Positions 8,472-16,964 of a DNA stretch of 64,000 nt are shown here, in pieces (within the stretch, counting starts at the first letter, position 1; the number at the start of each line of letters is the position of its first letter). The position numbers and the translations under genes are program-made. The notes under the pieces are model-generated. The model did no database searches. It saw nothing but the letters and a program-made list of their open reading frames with translations, and had not been told where the DNA came from. The stretch is from Flavobacteriales bacterium (lineage in GTDB: Bacteria > Bacteroidota > Bacteroidia > Flavobacteriales_F > PHOS-HE28): the NCBI GenBank assembly GCA_016699575.1, contig CP064979.1, positions 400,824-464,823 on the forward strand, in the 5' to 3' direction.

Positions 8472-9889
8472 AAGCCTGGATCACATATCTGAACGCGATT
8501 GCGCTGCTATTGAGCGTTGTTGCACGCGCTCAAGCTCCCACCCTTTTCTACGCCCAGGAACAAACTCGCGACAGCGTACGCCTCGATTTCAGTCCAGGGC
8601 CGGTTGTGGTCGATTCCACAAACTTCACCGCTGGCATTCACGCCGGGTCCCATCTCTTGTGCGATCCTGCCACGGGCGATATACTGTTCGCCTCAACCAT
8701 TTCCGGCATCCTGGACGCCAATGGGACGACACTGCTCAATGGCAACACCGTCAACGGCGGCTTCGTCATACCACGACCATCGTCCATCTCGACCTACTAC
8801 GTATTAACCTGGACGTACGACAACCAGACCAATACGTTCGGCCTGGTGTATTCGGAGGTGGACTTGGCTGCGGAAGGTGGTACGGGAGCGGTGGTTTTGC
8901 CGTCAGCAAGGCCCTTGGCCGAGGGCCTCGGCATCCTCTTTTTCGGACTTTCCAGCCCCGATGGTTCGGCGCATTGGATTTTTGTAAGCAAGGTGAACAC
9001 GACTGAGTTGCTTCGCTTCAAGGTCAGCGCCCTCGACGGCTTCCAGGAAGAGCCGGACACAGTGCAGATCAGTGGCGTGGTGAACTTGGGAGGGGCCAAT
9101 GCTTCGGTATCCCATACGAACTCGAGGGTATCCATCATCAAGGCTGTGTCGAACGATGGAGTATTGGTGCTCGACGCGGACCCCTTCAACGGCACCTTGT
9201 CGAACCCTCGTTCAATCCTCGGCAGCGCAACCAGCTTGGACGGAGCCTCGGCGTTGAGCAGCAACGGCGAGGTGCTGTACGTGTCCAGTTCCGCTTACGG
9301 GTTGCCAAGGTTGTGGCAATACGACCTAACGCAATCTGATGAACAAAGCGTTATGGCCACTGAACTTGGGATTTCAGGATTAGACTCCGCCTTTGTCCTC
9401 CACACATACCCATTCCTCGGTTCTGATGGTCGTGTCTATATGACACATGACGATTGCGCGCAGGACGCCGCGAGTTTCATGTCCTACTTGGAATCCCCCA
9501 ATACTCTGGGACAAGGCTGTGGTGCGAACTGGCGGGCGATCGGTCTTGGACCGTCGTATGATACGCCATGCTCGTATCACCCCACCGTGTTCTGGCCGTA
9601 CATGGGTGCGGTTGGTATTGCGGAATGGAGTTCCGGAAGCGTCGCAACCTTGCAGGTGTTCCCATCCCCCGCTTCCAACGTCATCACCGTATCGCGCGGC
9701 TCGGCGCTGCGCGGCCCGGCACATCTGCACGTTTTGGATGAGCAAGGCCGGTTGGTGCACGACCAATCTTGGCCGAACGCCGTGCAAGCTGTTCCGCTCG
9801 ATGTGTCCACATGGGCAGTGGGGGTTTATCATCTGCGTGCCCTATCGGATGAAGGGCAAATGGCCACAGGGCGCTTTGCGGTGCAGTAA
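8462..9889 (+). CDS. T9SS C-terminal-domain cargo protein, hypothetical function
   Basis: N-terminal signal peptide. The C-terminal roughly 80 aa (VFPSPASNVITVS...GVYHLRALSDEGQMATGRFAVQ) resembles a Por secretion tail. Confidence 0.65.
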   Translation: MPMKAWITYLNAIALLLSVVARAQAPTLFYAQEQTRDSVRLDFSPGPVVVDSTNFTAGIHAGSHLLCDPATGDILFASTISGILDANGTTLLNGNTVNGGFVIPRPSSISTYYVLTWTYDNQTNTFGLVYSEVDLAAEGGTGAVVLPSARPLAEGLGILFFGLSSPDGSAHWIFVSKVNTTELLRFKVSALDGFQEEPDTVQISGVVNLGGANASVSHTNSRVSIIKAVSNDGVLVLDADPFNGTLSNPRSILGSATSLDGASALSSNGEVLYVSSSAYGLPRLWQYDLTQSDEQSVMATELGISGLDSAFVLHTYPFLGSDGRVYMTHDDCAQDAASFMSYLESPNTLGQGCGANWRAIGLGPSYDTPCSYHPTVFWPYMGAVGIAEWSSGSVATLQVFPSPASNVITVSRGSALRGPAHLHVLDEQGRLVHDQSWPNAVQAVPLDVSTWAVGVYHLRALSDEGQMATGRFAVQ

Positions 9890-9914
9890 AGCACCGATCG
9901 CAGAACGACCATGG

Positions 9915-9955
9915 AGGGGCCGTCCGGAGGGATCGGGCGGCCCTTCTGTTGTTTC
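9915..9955 (+). terminator. probable intrinsic terminator after the T9SS cargo gene
   Basis: GC hairpin GGGCCG...CGGCCC followed by TTCTGTTGTTTC. Confidence 0.4.
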
Positions 9956-10071
9956 GGACGGGTGTGGTCATGTGCTCCCTATGTACAATTGCCCGTTGAA
10001 CACCACATTCGCATCCCCATGGGCACGACATGTCCCGCCGAAGCGGGATGAGCGCATGGACACATGAGCAC

Positions 10072-10452
10072 ATGAAGAAGCCCATCCACCCGCCCGGTGC
10101 TGCCAAGCCGCTGGCACCCTACACTCCTGCGATCGAAACGAACGGCTTCGTGTTCCTGAGCGGACAGATCGCATTGAAGGGCGATAGCGGTGACCTGGCC
10201 ATGGGCAGTATCGAAGAGGAGACCACGCAGGTGATGGAGAACATCGGCCTGTTGCTCCGCGCAGCCGGGCTCGGTTACGACCACCTGGTGAAGGTGACCA
10301 TCTTCCTCAGCGACATGGCGCACTACCAAGCCGTGAACACCGTTTACGGATCGTATTTCAAGGCGGCGCCCCCCGCCCGTGAAGCCGTTGCGGTGAAAGG
10401 GCTACCACGCGGGGTGAACGTGGAGATCAGTGGGGTCGCAAGCCGGGACTGA
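10072..10452 (+). CDS. ridA: RidA family reactive-intermediate deaminase (YjgF/TdcF-like)
   Basis: PYTPAIETNGFVFLSGQIAL...VKVTIFL...REAVAV is a conserved RidA pattern. The product is about 126 aa from the internal Met. Confidence 0.85.
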   Translation: MKKPIHPPGAAKPLAPYTPAIETNGFVFLSGQIALKGDSGDLAMGSIEEETTQVMENIGLLLRAAGLGYDHLVKVTIFLSDMAHYQAVNTVYGSYFKAAPPAREAVAVKGLPRGVNVEISGVASRD

Positions 10453-10453
10453 A

Positions 10454-10825
10454 TCAGCGTTGCCGGTTCGTCTTGCGCCATCGGGCGTGCCCCCCTTTCA
10501 TGTCGACAACACGCCGGAATCCCTTCCTTTTCATACGTCGAGCGGCCAAGGGGCTGCGGTGACCGGTCTCGCAATACAGAAAGACCAGCTCATTGCGGTC
10601 CAAGTGCTCGACCATACGCCCGAACTTCAATGAGAAGTAGCTGTAGTTGACCGCCCCGTGCAGGTGCGACTTCCGATGCTCTGCCGGTGTCCGCACATCA
10701 ATGATGATGTGGTCGGCGTTGCCCTTCAGCATGGCTGCATATTCAGCAGGGCCAAGCTTCTCGTAGCTGAAATCGGGGGTGCTCCGCACCGAGAAGCAGC
10801 CCGGAAGAACCAAGAGTGCAGACAT
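10454..10825 (-). CDS. rhodanese-like domain lipoprotein (sulfurtransferase)
   Basis: Active-site loop CETGHRS and an N-terminal lipobox MSALLVLPGC. The longer ORF start at 10969 would overlap the neighbouring gene. Confidence 0.7.
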   Translation of the reverse strand: MSALLVLPGCFSVRSTPDFSYEKLGPAEYAAMLKGNADHIIIDVRTPAEHRKSHLHGAVNYSYFSLKFGRMVEHLDRNELVFLYCETGHRSPLAARRMKRKGFRRVVDMKGGHARWRKTNRQR

Positions 10826-10884
10826 GGCTCCAGCATGCAAGGGGTATCCCCGGCCAACCCAACCAAAGACCTTGTCCAGGCGGC

Positions 10885-11418
10885 TCAATTCAATCGTTTC
10901 AACTGGCTTCCGAATGCGGCTGTCATACCTACTGCCATGAGTGGACCGATAACGCCCAACTGGCTCCATGGCAACACCACCATGGGCAGGAAAATGCCGA
11001 TGATCTGGGCTGCAGCGTACGTATAGAAGCCGCTCCGTTTCGCCCGCCAGATACCGATGGTGCCCACCAGCCTGACAAGTGTGCGCATGAAGAGCAATCC
11101 CAGCAGCAGCGCGCCGCTCGCATGCAACAGCGGCAGCATGATATCCATCTGGGCCAGGTCTTCCTCCGGCATGCCGCTGCGCATGGGCCCCAAGGCTTCC
11201 TCCGCCTTCGCGGCGAACTCATCGTAGGGCATGCGCCCCACCGCGCTCATGGCCAGCCATCCGATGCCATAGACCAGCAGGAAAGCGCCCGTGTTGATAA
11301 AGCTCAGGATACCCAGAACGGAAATGACACCGGGGCGTTCGGAGCTCCCTGCTCCATCGGGCTGGTATTGTGCTGGCATGGGTCCGGTGTTGTGCGCAAA
11401 GTAACCCGGCAAAGCCAC
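10885..11418 (-). CDS. integral membrane protein, hypothetical
   Basis: Four or five hydrophobic helices. No motif recognised. Confidence 0.45.
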   Translation of the reverse strand: MALPGYFAHNTGPMPAQYQPDGAGSSERPGVISVLGILSFINTGAFLLVYGIGWLAMSAVGRMPYDEFAAKAEEALGPMRSGMPEEDLAQMDIMLPLLHASGALLLGLLFMRTLVRLVGTIGIWRAKRSGFYTYAAAQIIGIFLPMVVLPWSQLGVIGPLMAVGMTAAFGSQLKRLN

Positions 11419-11467
11419 TTCATTGAACGGCTACATTCGCCCCGCTCTTCGGGGCATCCAACAAAAC

Positions 11468-12856
11468 ATGAGCTACGACGTCATTGTTCTCGGCAGCGGC
11501 CCAGGCGGCTATGTGGCGGCCATCCGTGCCAGCCAACTCGGTTTGAAAACAGCGGTGGTGGAGCGCGAGGCGCTCGGCGGCATCTGCCTCAACTGGGGCT
11601 GCATCCCCACCAAGGCCCTGCTGAAGAGCGCGCAGGTGTTCGAGTACATCAATCACGCGAAGGACTACGGCATCACCGTTAGCGGCGGCAGCGCCGACAT
11701 GAAGGCCGTGGTGCAGCGCAGCCGCGATGTGGCCAAGGGCATGAGCAACGGCGTGCAGTTCTTGATGAAGAAGAACAAGATCGACGTGATCATGGGCACC
11801 GGCATGCTGCAGCCCGGCAAGAAGATCGAAGTGACCGGCGCCGACGGCAAGAAGCAAGTGGTGGAAGGCAAGCACATCATTATAGCTACCGGCGCCCGCA
11901 GCCGTGCTCTGCCCAACCTGCCGCAGGACGGCAAGAAGATCATCGGGTACCGCGAGGCCATGGTGCTGGCCGGGCAGCCCAAGAGCATGGTGGTGGTGGG
12001 CAGCGGTGCCATCGGCAGCGAGTTCGCCTACTTCTACAATGCCATGGGCACCAAGGTGACCTTGGTGGAGTTCATGCCGAACATCGTTCCGGTGGAAGAT
12101 GAGGAAGTGAGCAAGCAGTTGGAGAAGAGCTTCAAAAAGGCCGGCATCGAGGTGATGGTGAGCAGCGAGGTGACCAGCGTGGACACCAAGGGCAAAGGCT
12201 GCGTGGTAACCGTGAAGAACGCCGCTGGCGAGAAGAAGATCGAATGCGATGTGGTCCTGAGCGCCGTGGGCATCGCTGCCAACATCGAAGGGATCGGGCT
12301 GGAGGCCGTGGGCATCGTCACGGACAAAGGCAAGATCAAAGTGAACGAGTTCTATGCCACCAACATGCCGGGCTACTATGCCATCGGCGATGTGACACCA
12401 GGTCAGGCACTGGCACACGTGGCGAGCGCAGAAGGCATCATTTGCGTGGAGAAGATCGCGGGACAGAACCCGCACGCGCTGGACTACAACAACATCCCCG
12501 GCTGCACGTACTGCTCACCCGAAGTGGCGAGCGTGGGCATGACGGAGAAGCAGGCCAAGGAGAAAGGCCTTGCCATCAAGGTGGGCAAGTTCCCCTTCAC
12601 CGCCAGCGGCAAGGCCAGTGCGGGCGGCAACAAGGACGGCTTCGTGAAGCTCATCTTCGATGCCAAGTACGGCGAACTGCTGGGCGCGCACATGATCGGC
12701 GCGAACGTGACGGAAATGATCGCCGAGTGCGTGAGCATCCGCAAGCTGGAGACCACGGGCCACGAGATCATCAAGACCGTGCACCCGCACCCGACGATGA
12801 GCGAGGCCATCATGGAAGCGGCGGCCGCAGCGTACGGGGAGGTCATTCACTTGTGA
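11468..12856 (+). CDS. lpd: dihydrolipoyl dehydrogenase (E3 component)
   Basis: YDVIVLGSGPGGYVAAIRASQLG FAD motif, redox-active LNWGCIPTK disulfide motif, and a C-terminal HPHPT(M)SE interface motif. Confidence 0.9.
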   Translation: MSYDVIVLGSGPGGYVAAIRASQLGLKTAVVEREALGGICLNWGCIPTKALLKSAQVFEYINHAKDYGITVSGGSADMKAVVQRSRDVAKGMSNGVQFLMKKNKIDVIMGTGMLQPGKKIEVTGADGKKQVVEGKHIIIATGARSRALPNLPQDGKKIIGYREAMVLAGQPKSMVVVGSGAIGSEFAYFYNAMGTKVTLVEFMPNIVPVEDEEVSKQLEKSFKKAGIEVMVSSEVTSVDTKGKGCVVTVKNAAGEKKIECDVVLSAVGIAANIEGIGLEAVGIVTDKGKIKVNEFYATNMPGYYAIGDVTPGQALAHVASAEGIICVEKIAGQNPHALDYNNIPGCTYCSPEVASVGMTEKQAKEKGLAIKVGKFPFTASGKASAGGNKDGFVKLIFDAKYGELLGAHMIGANVTEMIAECVSIRKLETTGHEIIKTVHPHPTMSEAIMEAAAAAYGEVIHL

Positions 12857-12861
12857 AGTGG

Positions 12862-12930
12862 AAAGCTGGAAGTTGGAATAGCGAGCGCACCGACTTTCAG
12901 CTTTCCACTTTCTCTTTTCAGCTTTCGTTC
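12862..12930 (+). terminator. hairpin plus T-rich tract after lpd
   Basis: AAGTGGAAAGCTG ... CAGCTTTCCACTT is a 13 bp stem with a loop of about 25 nt, followed by TTCTCTTTTCAGCTTTCG. Confidence 0.4.
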
Positions 12931-14823
12931 ATGTGCGGCATCGCCGGAGACTTCACCTACGCAGGAAGCGATCCAAATTCGGCTGAACGCGTCCGCGCTG
13001 CGCTGACCTGTCTCGCGCACCGCGGGCCTGATGATGAAGGTGTTTACCAGGAGGGCAGCTGCGTGCTCGGCCAACGGCGCCTCAGCATCATCGACACGAG
13101 CAGTGCCGGGCATCAACCGTTCACCGACAATGGCGGCCCCGCCTCGGCGGGCAAGCGCTACACCATCACCTTCAACGGCGAGGTCTTCAACTACAAAGAG
13201 CTCCGTGCAGGCCTGGAAGCACAAGGCCACAGCTTCCGCAGCCACAGCGACACGGAAGTAGCGCTGCGCCTCTACACGCAGAAAGGACCTGCCTTCCTGC
13301 ACGACCTCAACGGATTCTTCGCGCTGGCGATCCACGACAAGGAAACCGACGAGCTCTTCATTGCCCGCGACCGCTACGGTGTGAAGCCGTTGCTGTACAC
13401 TGAGCACGAAGGCCACTTCCTTTTCGCAAGTGAACTGCGCGCATTGATGGCCATGGGTATACCAAGGAACGTCGATGGAACATCCGTCCACCAGTACTTC
13501 GACCTGCAGTTCATTCCCGCGCCGGACAGCGCGTTGCTCGGTGTGCACAAGCTCATGCCCGGGGAGCGCGCGACCGTGAACGCGCATGGCCTCCGCAAGG
13601 AACGTTGGTACGATCTGCAGAAGGCGGCACGCGCGCCCGGTCCAAGGAAAGACATCAAGAGCGATCTTTTCTCCCTGCTCGATGAGGCCGTGAAGCTCAG
13701 GCTCATTGCCGATGTTCCGGTGGGCACCTTCCTGAGCGGCGGTTTGGACAGCAGCATCGTAAGCGCCTTGGCAAAGCGGCACCACCGCGATCTGCGCACG
13801 TTCAGCATCGGATTCCCCGAAGAGCACTACTTCGATGAAACCGAACATGCCGAGCGCACCGCCGCGCACATCGGTAGCGAGCATACCACCTTCAAGCTCA
13901 CACGGGACGATCTGGCCGAGGCCTATCCGCGCTTGCTCGCCAACATCGACGAACCGTTCGCTGACAGTTCGGCCCTCCCCTCCTTCATCCTGTGCGAGCG
14001 CACCAAGCAGAATGTCACGGTTGCATTGAGCGGCGACGGGGCTGATGAGGTTTTCGGCGGATACCGGAAGCACCAAGCAGAGTTGCGCATGCGCGCGCCG
14101 GGCATGGTAGAGCGGGTCGTGCACATGCTTGGGCCGTTGTGGTCCGCAGTGCCACGGTCCCGCAACAACCTTGTGTCCGATACCGCGCGCAAACTGCACC
14201 GCTTCGCGGAACTCGCCGGGCACACGGCGGCCGAGCGCTGGTGGCGCCTGGCCGCGCAAGGGGCCGAAGCCCGAGAGCAACACTTGCTTGCCTTGCCCAT
14301 GGATGAAAGGGCCTTCGCCGCAAGGAAACAAGCCTTGACAGGTGCGTTGACCGGCGCCGGCGACATGAACGATTTCCTTCTTGCCGATCTGCAAAGCGTG
14401 CTACCGGACAACATGCTGCACAAAGTGGACCTCACGAGCATGGCCCATGCACTTGAGGTGAGGACACCTTTCCTCGACCGTCGCGTTGTTGAACTCGCCT
14501 TCTCCCGTCCGGCTTCGATGAAATTCAGCCGGGGAAGAGGCAAACAACTGCTCCGCGACACGTTCGGGCATCTTCTTCCGTTGTCAACGAACACGCGCCG
14601 TAAGCAAGGCTTCGATGTGCCCTTGCGCGATCTGTTCCTGGGCCCTCTGACCGGTCTGGTGGCGGAACTGACCGCTCCCGACCTCCTGCGCTCAGCAGGC
14701 ATGGACCCTTCAAAGGCCCATGCGCTCAAGGGCCGACTTGCTTCGACAGACCCGGGCGAGTCGCAGGCAACCGTGCACGCGCTGCTCGTCTACGTATCGT
14801 GGTGGAAAAGATGGATGGTCTGA
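12931..14823 (+). CDS. asnB: asparagine synthase (glutamine-hydrolysing) family amidotransferase, linked to the exopolysaccharide locus
   Basis: N-terminal MCGIAG Ntn glutamine amidotransferase start and a SGGLDSS PP-loop. The 229-codon upstream extension in the ORF track overlaps lpd and is spurious. Confidence 0.85.
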   Translation: MCGIAGDFTYAGSDPNSAERVRAALTCLAHRGPDDEGVYQEGSCVLGQRRLSIIDTSSAGHQPFTDNGGPASAGKRYTITFNGEVFNYKELRAGLEAQGHSFRSHSDTEVALRLYTQKGPAFLHDLNGFFALAIHDKETDELFIARDRYGVKPLLYTEHEGHFLFASELRALMAMGIPRNVDGTSVHQYFDLQFIPAPDSALLGVHKLMPGERATVNAHGLRKERWYDLQKAARAPGPRKDIKSDLFSLLDEAVKLRLIADVPVGTFLSGGLDSSIVSALAKRHHRDLRTFSIGFPEEHYFDETEHAERTAAHIGSEHTTFKLTRDDLAEAYPRLLANIDEPFADSSALPSFILCERTKQNVTVALSGDGADEVFGGYRKHQAELRMRAPGMVERVVHMLGPLWSAVPRSRNNLVSDTARKLHRFAELAGHTAAERWWRLAAQGAEAREQHLLALPMDERAFAARKQALTGALTGAGDMNDFLLADLQSVLPDNMLHKVDLTSMAHALEVRTPFLDRRVVELAFSRPASMKFSRGRGKQLLRDTFGHLLPLSTNTRRKQGFDVPLRDLFLGPLTGLVAELTAPDLLRSAGMDPSKAHALKGRLASTDPGESQATVHALLVYVSWWKRWMV

Positions 14824-14908
14824 GACCGTTCGATGAGAGGCCAACCCGGTAAGTTCGCGTCCCTTAACAAACAAGGCCGTGGCCTTGGCGAAGGCTGTTC
14901 AGCGCAAA

Positions 14909-16135
14909 ATGCCCCGCGTACTCCGCATCATCAACCGGTTCAACTTGGGAGGGCCCACGCACAATGTGGCCTACCTGAGCAAGTACCTCGCACCGGAGTT
15001 TGAAACACTGCTCGTTGGCGGCAAGTGGGGGGAGAACGAGGAAGGCAGCCAGCACATCCTCGACAACCTGGACCTGAAGCCGGTCTTCCTGCCTGAAATG
15101 CAGCGGGAGGTGGCGCCTTGGCGGGATCGGGCGGCCTATCGGCGCATCAAGAAGATCATCCAGGATTTCAAGCCGGACATCGTGCACACGCACGCCGCGA
15201 AAGCCGGGGCCGTTGGCCGCATGGCAGCCGCCGACCTCGGGGTGCCCGTGATCGTGCACACCTTCCATGGGCACGTGTTCCACAGCTATTTCGGTGCTGT
15301 GCGGACAGCGCTCTACAAGAACATTGAACGGTTCCTCGCCAAACGCAGCACACGCATCGTGGCCATCAGCGAGCGGCAGAAACAGGAACTGGTGGAAGAG
15401 CACCGGATCTGCCCTGCGGAAAAGGTCACTGTCATCCCGCTCGGTTTCGATCTCTCACGTTTCCAGGACGAGCAATCGGCCAAACGCAAGTTGTTCCGCA
15501 AGGTTTACGGTGTGGATGATGACGAAGTAGCCATCGGCATCGTAGGCCGTTTGGTGCCGGTGAAGAACCACGACCTCTTCCTGGGAGCATTGCGCAATGT
15601 GCAGGAGCGCACCGGAAAGCGGGTCCGCGCTTTCATCGTCGGCGACGGCGAGGAGCGCGAGCGGCTGGAACAGAAGGTGGGTGAAATGGGATTGAGCATG
15701 GCCAAGGGCCCGTACTTCAACGGACACGGTTTCGGTCATGGCGTCAACGGCAAACCAGTGGTTCCAAAGGCCACGGTAACCTTCACCAGTTGGATCAAGG
15801 AGATCGACATCGTGAACGCCGGTGTGGACGTGGTGGCCCTCACCTCATTGAACGAAGGGACCCCTGTCAGCCTGATCGAAGCCCAAGCGAGCAACCGACC
15901 GATCGTAAGCACCCGGGTGGGCGGTATTGAGAACGTAGTGCTGCCCGGCAAAACAGCGCTCTTGAGCGCCAGCCAGGACGAACACGGCCTGAGCGAGAAT
16001 CTGCTACGGGTGGTGGAGGACGAGCATTTGCGCAGCACAATGAGCAGCGCCGGCTGGCAGCACGTAAAAGCCCGTTACCACTACAGCCGACTGGTGGAAG
16101 ACACGGCCGCCATGTACAGGCATTTGCTCGCCTGA
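14909..16135 (+). CDS. glycosyltransferase family 4 (GT-B, RfaB-like)
   Basis: N-terminal LRIINRFNLGGPTHNVAYLSKYL and a C-terminal EGTPVSLIEAQASNRPIVSTRVGG (E-x7-E-type GT4 motif). Confidence 0.8.
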   Translation: MPRVLRIINRFNLGGPTHNVAYLSKYLAPEFETLLVGGKWGENEEGSQHILDNLDLKPVFLPEMQREVAPWRDRAAYRRIKKIIQDFKPDIVHTHAAKAGAVGRMAAADLGVPVIVHTFHGHVFHSYFGAVRTALYKNIERFLAKRSTRIVAISERQKQELVEEHRICPAEKVTVIPLGFDLSRFQDEQSAKRKLFRKVYGVDDDEVAIGIVGRLVPVKNHDLFLGALRNVQERTGKRVRAFIVGDGEERERLEQKVGEMGLSMAKGPYFNGHGFGHGVNGKPVVPKATVTFTSWIKEIDIVNAGVDVVALTSLNEGTPVSLIEAQASNRPIVSTRVGGIENVVLPGKTALLSASQDEHGLSENLLRVVEDEHLRSTMSSAGWQHVKARYHYSRLVEDTAAMYRHLLA

Positions 16136-16187
16136 TCCGGGCGGCGGGGATGGTTACTTTTGGCCGCCTTGCAAAGAGGCTATCCGC

Positions 16188-16964
16188 ATGAAAGGAAGTT
16201 GGAGGGTTGGTACGGCCATGGCAGCACTGGTGCTTCTGGCAACCGGATGCACCGTGAACCGGGACATCATGTTCAAAACACCGGTCGATTACGCCTTTGA
16301 TCAGCTGCCCGATTCCGCGCCGCCGACGTTCGAGATACAACCGAACGACAACCTGCAGTTCCGCCTGTTCGCCAATGGTGGTTTCCGCATGATCGACTTC
16401 GTTTCTGACGAAGGGGCCAATGCCATGACGGTTCAGCGTATGACCTTCACCTACGTTGTGGAGCACGATGGCATGGTGAAGCTTCCCATCATCGGACGGG
16501 TCCCGATCGCCGGTCTCACCCTGCGCCAAGCTGAGATGATGCTGGAGGACAAGTACAGCGCCTCCTACAAGGATCCTTTCGTGCAATTGCAGGTTTCGAA
16601 CCGGCGGGTCGTTGTGTTCAATGGTGGCGGTGGGTCGGCCAAAGTGATAGCCATCGAGAACAACAACCCGACGCTCTTGGAGGTATTGGGAATGGCGGGT
16701 GGATTGGACGCTAGGGGCAATGCCCACAAGGTGAAGGTCTTCCGGCGCAAGGACGGGCAATCGGGGCGCCATATCTACCAGTTCGACCTCTCCGACATCA
16801 ACGGGCTTCCTTACGGCGACATGATCATGCAAGGCGATGATGTTATTTATGTGCAACCCAATCCGGACATTGCACGAGAGGTGCTGCAGGACCTCACGCC
16901 CGTCATATCACTGCTCACCAGTGTGGTGCTGGTCATCGGCATTGTCAACGGCCTGAGCAGATGA
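16188..16964 (+). CDS. wza: polysaccharide export outer-membrane protein (Wza/BexD family)
   Basis: Lipoprotein signal ...LLATGC. Poly_export/SLBB-like segments, and its position immediately upstream of the Wzc-like gene. Confidence 0.75.
   Translation: MKGSWRVGTAMAALVLLATGCTVNRDIMFKTPVDYAFDQLPDSAPPTFEIQPNDNLQFRLFANGGFRMIDFVSDEGANAMTVQRMTFTYVVEHDGMVKLPIIGRVPIAGLTLRQAEMMLEDKYSASYKDPFVQLQVSNRRVVVFNGGGGSAKVIAIENNNPTLLEVLGMAGGLDARGNAHKVKVFRRKDGQSGRHIYQFDLSDINGLPYGDMIMQGDDVIYVQPNPDIAREVLQDLTPVISLLTSVVLVIGIVNGLSR

Noticed and set aside
12244-12930. 229-codon extension upstream of the asparagine synthase gene, overlapping the lpd 3' end
   Set aside because: It is Arg-rich frame noise. The canonical MCGIAG amidotransferase start is at 12931, directly after an lpd terminator hairpin.
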